NCBI GenBank assembly: GCA_013265495.1
Contig: MU058221.1
Coordinates: 3,162,001-3,226,000, forward strand
Reading direction: 5' to 3'
Length of the DNA: 64,000 nt
Source: Vicugna vicugna
Taxonomy: Eukaryota
A model generated the notes under the pieces. That model did not search any database. It saw nothing but the letters and a program-made list of their open reading frames with translations, and was not told the origin of the DNA. Made by a program: the position numbers and the translations under genes. How positions within the stretch are numbered: position 1 is the stretch's first letter; each line of letters starts with the position of its first letter. This document shows, in pieces, positions 27,538 through 39,048 of the stretch.

Positions 27538-27720
27538 ACAAACAGGCACACACCCACTCAAGTCAAAGGTGCAGTCAGAGACGGCGTGAGGGCTGTGAAG
27601 ATGCTCGTGACGGTGGCGGTGCCCTTCCAGGTGCTGGCGCAGTGGAAGGGGCAGGGCAGGAGCCCTGGTTAAATATAAACCCAGCGGAAAGGGCAGGGCC
27701 CGCCCAATTCGAAGTTCAAG
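27534..27720 (+). pseudogene. CCT6A: CCT6A processed pseudogene, inverted 5' arm
   Basis: Plus-strand translation with frameshifts gives [20 protein letters not shown] / DGGGALPGAGAVE / ALVKYKPSGKGRA / QFEVQ, matching CCT6A [59 protein letters not shown]. Confidence 0.9.
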
Positions 27721-29059
27721 ATGAACATTTTTTTAAATGAAGGTTCATTTCAGTGGCCATGTTACCATTTGGAATCTTATTGACCTTTCTCATCCGTGCA
27801 ATGCATTTATATTTTAAACCAGACCTGGAAAACACACATTAGTTTCCATGCCAATGTTTTATATTAGTTCTGCCTTAATGGACCAGGTCATCTCTAATTA
27901 CTAATTTTGTTGTTCTTTCCGATCTCATTCTTTCTCTTCCGCTGAGAACATTTTTCTCTGACTCCTGCCCCTTCGTTCCCCCTTTTCACAATAACCGATT
28001 GGTCCACTTGCCTTACTGGATTGAATAACAGGTCAAAGTATCTAACACCTTTGTATCACTGTGGTGAAACTATTTATTGTGCATAAAATATTCTTGTCAC
28101 ACCAAATATTTTTATCTACTTCCTGGGTTAGGCCCACCAGGCACACACGGAGCACAAATTCGCTGAAATGATAAAAAGTGAACAGCTTACCATGCTGCCT
28201 CTGGGATGTTTTCTCACCTGAGAGATGCCTGCACACGCTACAGCTTCCGCCCCCTGAAGCAACGAGAAGGGGATCATACAGGTTCCCCGATAAAATGCCA
28301 TCAGCATCCAGTGAGATCCCAGTTTCTTATTTCTCACTCTATCCCTCCAAGTTCCTATCCGCTTTCTTGGCACATTGTTCCAGTGATGGTTCAATGCCTA
28401 CACCATGCCCAGGAGAGATTCATGACTCGCTCATCTGTCTTGACTCAAATTTCCTTCCTCCTCCTGCCTTCCTTAAGAAAAGCCAATTAGCCCCTGAGAG
28501 TAATAGATGTCAACGCTTGCAAGCTGGAGACCTAATTGTCCCTTTGTGCTTCTGCAGCAATGCCTCGTCTTTCCCCCAAGCTAGCAGTTATTAATTTTTT
28601 TTCTCTCTCTTATTAACTTTGTTCCTTGATGGGTCTGATTTGAGCACAAAGAGTGTGTTCTTTCATCATCACGCTTGTCATAATATTTTGTGGAAATTAC
28701 TGACAAGTGGAGTTTTGGCTTTAAATCAAGGATGACAGGTCAGCGGAAAGGGAAGCCCCACTGAAATGATAGCTTTTTATTTTGGGAGATGCACGGTACA
28801 CAAGATACCCAAGAGGAGGCTGGAGTGGTGGAGCACACGGGGAAAGCTCTGCGCCCGGGGTTGGCAGAGGTTGGTTACGTGGCTCCTCTAATACCCTCCC
28901 ACCGCATCATGCTGGCTTTGCTGCGAGCGTCCTCTGAGCCCCATTTTCTTTATCTGCATCTCATCTCCCTGCTTCATAGACCTATGACTCAGAGCAGCAA
29001 TGATAAACTTACAACTACAAGTAAAGTTCATGAGGAGACACATAGCACAGTGGCTCAGA

Positions 29060-29290
29060 GCACAAGCTTCAGAGCCACACATGAATTTGTATCCATTTTC
29101 TGTGACCTGCCTTAGGCGATAACCTTGGGCATGATCACTAATTTCGCTGAATTCTAGTTTCCTTAAAGGCTAAAATGCTCTTCATTTCTACCTTGTTTTC
29201 GTATTATTCCAAGAATTGAATGAGACAATGCATGCAAAACACTTGCAAAGTGTTAGCGCACAGTAACTACTCAATGAATGATAATGTTAA
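29060..29290 (+). mobile_element. MIR SINE
   Basis: aaccttgggcatgatcactaatttcgctgaattctagtttcctt…gaattgaatgagacaatgcatgcaaaacactt…gcacagtaactactcaatgaatg. Confidence 0.7.
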
Positions 29291-29529
29291 TTGCAGCAAG
29301 TCTCATTAGGGAGATGGCATTTCACATGACATTTAGCTTCAAGTAGGTAACACAGGGACACCAACTTAGTGACAGCAGCCCCCTATTAATACAGGATCAT
29401 GTACAAAACATCTACATTTCATGTATAATCATGTTTACGTAAAAAAACTTCCTTTTGCACTTATTTTTAATTAAAAATAGAATTTTATCAAATCAGTGCA
29501 GGTGCACTAAAATAATAATCATAAAGCAT

Positions 29530-29988
29530 TATACAATGGAATACTACTCAGCCATAAAAACTAACAACATAACGCCATTTGCAGCAACATGGATGCTCCT
29601 GGAGAATGTCATTCTAAGTGAAGTCAGCCAGAAAGAGACAGAAAAATATCACATGAGATCGCTCATATGTGGAATCTAAGACAAAAACAAACAAAGCATA
29701 AATACAAAACAGAAATAGACTCACAGACATAGAATATAAACTTGTGGTTGCCAAGGGGGCAGGGGGTGGGAAGAGATAGACTGGGATTTCAAAATTATAG
29801 AATAGATAAACAAGATTATACTGTATAGCACAGGGAAATATATGCAAGATCTTATGGTAGCTCACAGAGAAAAAAATGTGACCATGAATATATACATGTT
29901 CATGTATAACTGAAAAATCGTGCTCTACACTGGAATTTGACACAACATTGTAAAATGATTATAAATCAATAAAAAATGTAAAAAAAAG
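29530..29988 (+). mobile_element. young 5'-truncated L1 (ORF2 C-terminus, 3' UTR and A tail)
   Basis: Translates YTMEYYSAIKTNNITPFAATWMLLENVILSEVSQKETEKYHMRSLICGI*, the L1 ORF2 terminus. AATAAA and A tail present; possible TSD AAAGCAT (29523-29529 / 29985-29991). Confidence 0.93.
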
Positions 29989-30325
29989 CATGTTTTAAAA
30001 ACAAACTTTCAGAATAATAATTAGGTACATTTTCACAAATCTTAAAACATTATCAAACTTTCTCAAATTGTCTTGATTCAAAGAGTGAAAACATTGGGTC
30101 TTCATACTCCTTATTTGCCTTCATATAAACCCCCTGAGTTTTCATTTTTGAAGTCTTCTTCACAAATGAGGTCTCTCCACTATCAGAGATTGATCCCACA
30201 GCACGGAGACGGGAGAGTGGCAGAAGATCACAGTGCCTGTTTGATAGGACCACTCGTTAACGGCTCTTAATTGCCTTGTATTTTGCCCTAACGTCAAACC
30301 CTGAATAGACCTAGTAAACAATCTA

Positions 30326-30581
30326 CAGTTACCGGGGAAAGAGGGCGGGAAGGGATAAACTTGGGAGTCTGAGATTTGCAAATGTTAGCTACTATATATA
30401 AAAATAGATAAAAAACAAATTTCTTCTGTACAGCACAGGGAACTGTATTCAATACCTTGTAATAACCTTTAATGAAAAAGAACATGAAAATGAGCATATG
30501 TATACATATGCATGACTGGGACATTATGTTGTGCACCAGAAATTGACACATCGTAACTGACTATACTTCAATTTTAAAAAC
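30326..30581 (+). mobile_element. 5'-truncated L1 3' UTR
   Basis: gggataaacttgggagtctgagatttgc…ctgtacagcacagggaactgtattcaatacc…gcaccagaaattgacacatcgtaactgactatacttcaatt. Confidence 0.85.
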
Positions 30582-31699
30582 TGAATAGGATGTATGCTAT
30601 TTGAATTTGCTTTTGCATCAGCCTCATAAACCCTGCTTTCTTTGCCCAGTAAGAGCAAAAGACAGTATTTGTGGGAAAAACACCCAGTTGGTGAAAGTCT
30701 TTGTAGAAAGTGGGCCACTTTTTAAGTTAGAGCCACGCATTTGTAAAAACTTGTCCTTAACTTACTGTTTTCATGATGAGATGAACTAGGAACCAGTGTG
30801 GATGCTCAAGGTATGTTATAACTGTCACGAATGTTCACAACCAGACACTGAAGCAAAACTGAAAATAAAGCCACTATACCTGACGCAGGGAGGAAAATCT
30901 TTGGAATTCATACTCATGTTATGAAAAGGGGAGAAGCCGGTGGATGGATACAGGGCAATTTAAGGCATAATGCCAACTTAGCAGGGGAGGTAATTTGGGG
31001 TGAAATTTTGTTTTTCAAAATCCTTAGCTAGGTGCTATGTAGGTTATTTAGCATTTCTATGTAAACTGTCATCATGAGCAAAAACATGAAATACCCATCA
31101 TCCCTTTCTCATCCGAATAATCTTAATTTAAATGAGTGTGAGTTGAGGGTAATTATAGTCTTGCCCATGTGCAGCATCTCCCGTTTCTAGCATCTCCTGT
31201 TTCTATAATAAACTCATCTCCCGTCTAGTCTATAATTGTAACTCATCTCCAAAGGAGAAGAAAAGCAGCATGAGTTTTGATTGTGGGATAAACATTGTGT
31301 TTGTAGGTGGGAGAATATTATTTGTGGTTCTTGATCTATTTACATGACTATGTGGGAGTCACATTTATATTCTACATCAGTAAGATGTCCCCAAGAAGTC
31401 CTTAAATTTCAACATTTCTTAGACTTCCTAAGGAAGAAACATGCCAGTTTACCCATTACTTCATAATTTGAGGGTCTGCTTTAGACACATTCACTAATCA
31501 GAATTTTATATGCATCTATATTTCCCTAACTATATATATTTAAAAAAAATGAAGTTGAATGCTTTCTCCTGGGCCATGCATTTTAATATTGACTGAAGCA
31601 GCAGGAGGAAGTCTGAGCTGGTGTTGAAATGCATGGGGCCATTAGTAGGTTGGAATGAAAAGAAAACGTTGATTTCTTTCTCCGAGGATCTGGAGTTTG

Positions 31700-32060
31700 A
31701 GTAACAGGGCAGTCACATGGGTGCTGCATGCCTACATAACTGACCTCCAGTAAAAACTCTGGACTCGTAGGCTAGGGTGAGTTTTCCTGGTTGGCAACAT
31801 TGTGTGTGTGTGCGTGTCTGTGTGTTGTCACGCATCACTACAGCGAGAATTAAATGCATTCCATGGGCCTCCACTGGAGGGAGACACTTAAAAGTTTGCT
31901 ACTTGTTTCTTCCAGAGTTGGCCGCGTGCATTTTTTTCTTCTCTTTTCTGATTTTAATCTATATTCTTTTGCTCTAATAAAGAGTGAACATGAGTATAAC
32001 ACCTTCTGAGTCCTTCTAGAAAACCACGTAACCTGAGGGTTGTTTTGGGGGACCCCCGGC
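31700..32060 (+). mobile_element. MER21-like LTR (3' part)
   Basis: gcatgcctacataactgacctccagtaaaaactctggac…ggctagggtgagttttcctggttggcaac…AATAAA…tgagtataacaccttctgagtcc…ttgggggaccccc. Confidence 0.8.
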
Positions 32061-33693
32061 AAAGTGGGCTGCTCCCCAATTATGCTGTAGTGGTGCGGAT
32101 ACAAGTGGGCACGGCAGACAGTTCCGATGTCTGGTCTTCTTTTATGCCACCTGTTCCCCTCTGAGTCCTCTTGAGTCAAGTGAGCCTCTCCCTAAGACCT
32201 TATTTTTTCATTATTCTCTTCTGTTCTAGGGAGAGAGAATTCAGTTAAGGCTCCAAAATAGAATTTTGAGAAGAAAAACATTGGAATCAATGAAATACCC
32301 CAAATTGATTATCGCTACTAATCTCCACTTCTGTCTCTCAGTTCATCCTTGCCATCCTCTCTGCTGGCTCTCGAATTCCACCAAATCAGATTAAAATCCC
32401 TTCGCCTGGCTCTCAAGACCACAAAAATCTGGTTTTCTATTACCTGAGCTGTCTTTTTAAAACCTACTCTCCGATTAGGACTTTTTCCCCCTTAGGAAGC
32501 ATGGCTTGCCCACCTCTCCATGACTACGTTAATTCATTAGCTCAATTATACACCCAACTAGTCTCCTAATGAAAATCCATTTATTAGGTTACAGTTATGT
32601 GCCATAAACATTGTTCGATATTGTAGATACACAAATGAATCTCTCCTGCTTTCATGGAGTTTACAGACATTTAATGAATTTACAAATAGTTAATGCTTTA
32701 CAATTAAGAGAATTCTTTAAAAAGAAGCTAATTTCGCCTAAACTTCCTTGTCTTATATAAGTACCCTGTGCTTATATGTATATTTCTTTTCCCTACCAAT
32801 CAACATCCTCCCACCTACACTGGTGGAATTACCAGCTATTGATAGATGTGGTATTTGAAATTATTCTAAGAAATGCCAGAAAATGCAGACACTTCTGGGC
32901 AGTGTAATTTAGAGTGAGATCTCATGTATTTGCTAAAATGGGGAGTAAAGTAAAGGTCTGTCAAAGAGGCACAGATACCATCTAAGACATCTTCACTGTG
33001 GGATACCTCCTCTCAGTTCTCTCCCACGTCACACTTAGCAACAGGCTGCAAAATGTTCCTGCCCAGTGACCCTCTTAGAAATAAGATACAGTGTGAACCC
33101 CAGTGTCTTGCTCTTGCCTTAACTAAAGCAATTAAAGTTGTTTAATGATTTTTTTTACTGCATATGCTGGAACAAAGTGCTATTTTATTGTTTTACTGCT
33201 TGTGTTGTATTGTTCTGTGATTATAACATCTGACTTTGACATGAGATCAAAATTATTAAGCATGTGTGAGTCTGCAACTCAAATTCTGCTACACACACGC
33301 ATACGCCCACCCCCACACACACGCACTCTGATATAATCTGGTTTAAACAATTCTTCCTTGTCCATTTATAGGAGAGTCAATGCAACTGCTTAATCACATG
33401 CCTCACTGCATCCCCACATTGGTTATATTTTAGGTATTCTGAGAATTAGAAAGTTGCCAACACCTTGGTATCTGGCAAGCTCTCCGTGTACTTTAAATGT
33501 TTGCGTAACACCCAGACCAGGATAAAGTAGGACAAATTTCAAATTCAGATTAGGACCCACAATCCTAATTTGTGAACACTAAGGAGAACCTTAAAGATTT
33601 CTTATCTTTTTTCTCTTTAAATACAGCACCCCCAAGAACAGCAAAATAACCACAGTAAAGGGAACAGACTCATTACTGTTCGTACACTTACTC

Positions 33694-34111
33694 ATTTTTT
33701 TTATTGAAGTAATGTTGATTTACAGTGTTGTGTTGATTTCTGGTGTACGGTCTAGTGATTCGTTTATATATATATGTGTGTGTGTATGTATGTATATATA
33801 TTCCTGTTCATTGTAGGCTATTACAAGGTACTGAATGTAGTTCTCTGTGCTCTACATTAGGACCTTGTTGTTTGTCTGTTTTATATATAATAGTTTGTAT
33901 CTGCAAATCCCAAACTCCTAGCTTATCCCTCCCACCCCCTCCCCTTTGGTAACCACAGGCTTGTATTCTATGTCTGCGAATCTATGTCTGTTTTGTCAGT
34001 AAGTTCATTTGTGTCACTTTTTTTATTCCACATCAAAAGTGGTATCGTATGGCCTTCATCATTCTCTTTCTGACTTACTTCACTTGGTATGACCATCTCT
34101 GGGTCCATCCA
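33694..34111 (-). mobile_element. 5'-truncated L1 3' end (older of two adjacent insertions)
   Basis: T-tract followed by attgaagtaatgttgatttacagtgttgtg…ctgacttacttcacttggtatgaccatctctgggtccatcca; flanked by TCGTACACTTA / TCATACACTTA. Confidence 0.88.
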
Positions 34112-34127
34112 TCATACACTTATTTTA

Positions 34128-34348
34128 TTTTTTTAACATTTTTTATTGAGTTATGGTCATTTTACAATGCTGTGTCAAATTCCAGTGTAGAGCACAATTT
34201 TTCAGTTATACATGAACATACATATATTCACTGTCACATTCTTTTTCGCTGTGAGCTACCACGAGATCTTGCATACGTTTCCCTGTGCTGTACAGTATAA
34301 TCTTGTTTATCTATTCTGCATATGCCTGTCAGTATCTACAAATTCCGA
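34128..34348 (-). mobile_element. young 5'-truncated L1 3' end
   Basis: Same subfamily as 29530-29988 (ttattgagttatggtcattttacaatgctgtgtcaaattccagtgtagagcac…); exact 12-bp TSD ACACTTATTTTA at 34116-34127 and 34349-34360. Confidence 0.9.
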
Positions 34349-34404
34349 ACACTTATTTTAGTAGTTCCCTTTGCAGTAGGAACAGGGCTTCGCTATCAGA
34401 TGAG

Positions 34405-34530
34405 GACATTTTACACATTCTGCAGGTGAGGAAACTGGCCCCTACTCAGCGGCAGTGACTGTGAGGCCCAAGTCACATTGCGAGGAATTAGATCAAGGCC
34501 CTGGGCTCCGACACCAGTGCTCTTTGCATT
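34405..34530 (-). mobile_element. MIR fragment
   Basis: cattctgcaggtgaggaaactggccc…gcccaagtcacattgcg…. Confidence 0.5.
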
Positions 34531-34932
34531 GCAGCCCACTGCCTTTTGGGGGTCTTTTCATGCTCATTAAGACACAGTTGCACCTTTTTGTTTCTTATGC
34601 TACTCTGATTATCTGCATTGATGTATACATCACTTTAACTCTGCTGCAGGAGTATTGACTAAAGAAGCCTGGCAATTTCTTATGGGATTTTTTTTTTCTC
34701 AGTGCGTTGGACAACTATAACGGTAAATACTGATGGGGTCGTTTATTTAAAATTCTTATTTGTGTTATTTCTCCTTTCATAAGTAATTTGTAATGGCTTA
34801 AAGGAACACAGACAGTACCACGAGGAGATAGGAATAGAAGAGTAATTTATGAATTACTAATACATAAAAGAAAACCGGCTTCTAAGTGTCCTAGCCATTA
34901 AAGTAAAAAGGGATGTAATAAATTGGTTCTAC

Positions 34933-35381
34933 TTTTTTTCTTTTTTTTTATTGAAGTATAGTCAGTTTATACAATGCTGTGTTAACTTCTGGTGCACAGC
35001 ACGGTGATTCAGTTATACATATTGGCCCCTTTTCATATTCTTTTTCATTAAAGTCTGGTATACGGTATTGAATATAGTTCCCTGCACTCTACAGTAGGAC
35101 CTTGCTGTTTACCTATTTTATATACAGTAGTTGGTATCTGCAAATCCCAGACTCCTCGTTTATCCCTTCATCCCTCCTCCCTCCCTGGTAGCCACAATTT
35201 TGTTTTCTATGTCTGTGGGTTCGTTTCTGTTTTGTAAACAGGTTCATCTCATTTTCTTTCTTTCTTTCTTTCTTTCTGTTTTTTTTTTTTTTAGATTCCA
35301 CTGATAGGTGATGTCATATGGTATTTTTCTTTCTCTCTCTGGCTCACTGCACTTAGCATGACCGTCTCCAAGTCTTTCCAT
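34933..35381 (-). mobile_element. 5'-truncated L1 3' end
   Basis: Poly-T followed by attgaagtatagtcagtttatacaatgctgtgttaacttctggtgcacagc…ttagattccac…tcatatggtatttttctttctc…cacttagcatgac. Confidence 0.88.
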
Positions 35382-36513
35382 GATTTTCTTTAAACAGGAA
35401 TAATATTCATTCATATGCTTACAGGACACCTGTTAAGGACTGTATTTTCAAAGTAGAATATCAATCACTCCTTAATTCAGGAATTTTAGGAAGTCACTAA
35501 ACATATGGAACCTTCCATGCGATGCCAGGAAAGGGGAAAAATAATAATATATTGTGAGGATAAAATGAAACGACAAATGTAAACAACTTGGCCCATTACC
35601 TAGAGCACAGTAAGAACTCAGTAAAGATTAAGGACTTAGAAATAATACAGAATCAAACTTAATAGGAGTATTTAGTATTTGCCATGCAAAACCCTTTCAG
35701 TGCGTTCTCTTCTAACCCTCCACAGCCGTGCTCTGAAGGATTTGCTATCAGGGAGTCAGAATCACCTCCTAAAGGCCCCACAGGGCGATACTTCTCAGGA
35801 CTGGTTACCGAACTCGGGCTGCAGAGAACATTCTCAACTCCTCCGCTCAGTCTTTCGTTCATCCGTGGGCAATAAAATAACACCCAGAAATCCCTGCTTT
35901 CTCTGAGCGCCCATTTGGAGACACGCACACTGCTACGTACCACGCCGACCCTCTTTAGTGATCACTTCTGCCTAAACTCGCTGCCCCCAAACTCACGCTG
36001 ACACAGATTTCCATCTATGGCATATTTTGTGGTGGGTTCTAATCGCCCTGTGAAGGGCGCGAGTGGAAGGGGACCTGCCCTGGCGGAGGCTGGAGGGAGA
36101 GTCTGCTGGGTGCTGTGAGGCAGGGCTGCTGTCCTCGTCACGGGGCCCGGGACTGGCTGCTGTGACACCCGCAGCACAGCAGCGCCCACGGCGGCCAAGG
36201 CCGGGCTTCAGGGGCAGCCGGTCAGGTACTACTGGCTGTCGGGAGCCTCAGCCACAGAGTTTCTCAGAGACAGAAACTGGCCTCTTCAGAGAGCCCCGCC
36301 TCCGTTTCTGAACAAGCTAAATACACTATCAGTTTACAAACTCACTTCGGAAAAAAAAAAAAAAAAGACTGAAAAATAAAAGGTGTCGTCCGGCACCATC
36401 TGCCCTTGTGATGGGCACCATTACTCAGCGAATGAGACCCAGTAGAAAATTATTTTAAGAATTTTTTTATTACTTGTATTACATAAAATCAAGAAAACAA
36501 GAAAACAAATTGT

Positions 36514-36515
<2 letters not shown>

Positions 36516-36548
<33 letters not shown>
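36516..36548. repeat. (CA)n microsatellite
   Basis: Direct reading of the sequence. Confidence 0.95.
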
Positions 36549-36550
<2 letters not shown>

Positions 36551-39007
36551 TATACATGCTCTACTTGCTTGCAGGTGTGCAGTGGCCTTGTGTTAAACTT
36601 TGTGCATCTAGAGATAAACTAGGCAAGATTCAAAACTCAAGGGGCTTGTAGTCTCGTAAGAGATAAATAAAATACAGTGCCAGTGTAGTAAGACCAGTGC
36701 TAAGGCACTCATCATGTATTCTGCATAGGGAGTGGCAGAGCAGTATCTTGCAATCATGCAAATATAGAAGAGATGATGATTAAATTTGGGTGATGATGAA
36801 AGGAGGGCAGTAGAGATATTATCACAAAGAAGGACATTCAGCCCAAAGGAGAGGTTTGAGGAATGAAAGCACGTCACAGAGTGGTAAGGAATTCTGCGTG
36901 GCTGCAAGAGACGTATTCAAACTCATGGCAGTGTCACTGCAAATGTTAGTATCATTATTCCAGTGGAGTTCATGGTTTCACTGATCCTCTTCAAAGTTGG
37001 GCCCAATTTCTGGTACGCTCAAATCCCCTATCTTCTTTCTCATTCAGATGAGGGCAGGTCAGGGCAAGTGTGTGATGGAAGTCCACCCGCTTCAATTTAA
37101 TATAACTAATGCAGTCACCAGCAGTGGATGCTTGAGCTGTGATAGGTAATAAATCATTGAAACCTCACCCACAACCATTTAGGATATCAGTCTGCTAATG
37201 CCACAGTTGTCACCACCGTGCAGAGAGCACACGTTGAGTGACATGGGCGAGGACAGATGTGACCATGGCTTTTTTGTGTTGTTTTTCTAAACTTAGAACC
37301 TGAACACTCTCTAAATGGCTGTCCTCCTTAATGTGGAGTCTACTGTTCATTTTGCAAGTTGGCCCGCACCTCCATACATTTTTTGTTTCTCTGCTCACGA
37401 ATACAATGCTTTCCCATGAATCACGGAGGAAACATGCGATTCTCAGGGGCACTGATATCCCCCCTGGGCTGAGTCTTACACAGGGAAAGCCGATAATCAC
37501 TCCTATTCTGGTGTAATTTTAAAAATGATAGACCATCGGCGACTTGACCTGGCCAACTCCCCTATGGAGATCCACTCTTCAGGGCGTTCATTAGCTTTTC
37601 AGACTTCCGTGCTGTTTCAGCGCCTTCTCTTTCGAAACAGCAGCTCCCCTAGGGTTCAGCTAATATGGTTTTCCACCCCTCAGTTGCTTTAACGCCGAGA
37701 TCTGTAGGTGATAGCCACCGAAGGTGCAGCCCATCTCAGCAAGCGGAGGCCGACAATGTGCACTTGCCTGCTTTCCGAGGTTCAGGCAGGACAGGCGCCG
37801 CTGTGGTTAAGGCCCTGCAAGTTCCCTCCCCGTGATTTACCCTCATCCTTTACGGGAACGTTGTCCTTTCTGTCCCTTTTCACTCATTCAGTTATTGTTT
37901 CCATCACCCTAATTCCTTTCAACAATAAATGTATCTGCTGTAGACTACTTCCGTTGGTCATATTCACAAACAGGATGCTTTCAGCGATCCCCTTTCCTGA
38001 ATTTTGACTTCGTGTTTCCTGGAGTTTATGACAGTATTGCCAGGTACGTAAGGGTCGTACACTGCAGAGAACACACGCGCGTTTCATACGAAAGGGGACA
38101 GTGATGATGAGAGACCTGGCGTTGTCACGCACCTCAGGAGTAAGCAGGATGAAATGCGAGTTACAAACCTCTGTTCCTGAGAATAGGCGAGGACTGTTTT
38201 TAAAATCCCTCGCGGTTCAGAGGAGTGGAAGGCACGGACGTGCACATCTTGATCCTGGCCTGTGAATGGCTGAATCAGCAAGGCGCACTTTCTGGATACT
38301 GAGTTGAAAATCCATGTCTCCATGTACTACAGTCCCTCCAGTGGCCCACGTATGTGTTGGGCCACCTCAGAGCTCGTCCTGGGAACGTGAGGTTTGGGAG
38401 CTTAGGAGAAAGTTTAAGGTGTGTTGTTAATATTTCTTAACTGGTGATGTGAAACCTTCACTGTACCACCAAGAATGCTCGGAAGATCTCTCACTGACTA
38501 TTACGCAGTAGCCAAAAATAGAACAAAAAAGTATTGACATGGATTAACCCGAAATGTAACATTGGAACAGAATGTTTCCTAGACGCCCGCCCTAGGAAGT
38601 CTCGGGTGAATAACCACTTAAATGGTTCAAGTATCACAGACAACATAATCTAGGTCATGTGATAATTATGTATGTTGATATACACCCTCACACACACACA
38701 CGTAGAGTGACCTTCAGTGCCGGGTCCTACACTCGGATGGCGGGTTAGCTCGTGCACATGTGCGTTACCACAGAATCATCACGGCTGGACCTCCCGGCTT
38801 CTGCAGGACGCAACAAACTATGATTCCAATTTTATAGACGACAAATGGAGAACTGGAAGAGAACAGACTGCTAACCGTGAAGACAGTCCTACAGAACGAG
38901 CTGCAGCCTTTTAAGTCCTTTTAAATGGAAACATCTTTAATGCTACGGCTCAGCCATTTATTTGTACTTATTACTAATGGCTCTTCAAAGGTCACTGTAC
39001 TTAAAGG

Positions 39008-39010
<3 letters not shown>

Positions 39011-39047
<37 letters not shown>
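39011..39047. repeat. (TG)n microsatellite
   Basis: Direct reading of the sequence. Confidence 0.95.

Positions 39048-39048
<1 letters not shown>

Noticed and set aside
27359..27553. 64-aa ORF as a functional CCT6A exon or retrogene
   Set aside because: It has a premature stop, frameshifts in the other arm, an inversion, a poly(A) remnant and a TSD, and covers only the C-terminal third of the protein.
27257..27720. Hairpin or endo-siRNA precursor formed by the inverted pseudogene
   Set aside because: The two arms derive from adjacent, non-overlapping parts of the mRNA, so they are not complementary to each other.
29455..29679. 74-aa ORF
   Set aside because: It is the C-terminal remnant of L1 ORF2 in a 5'-truncated insertion.
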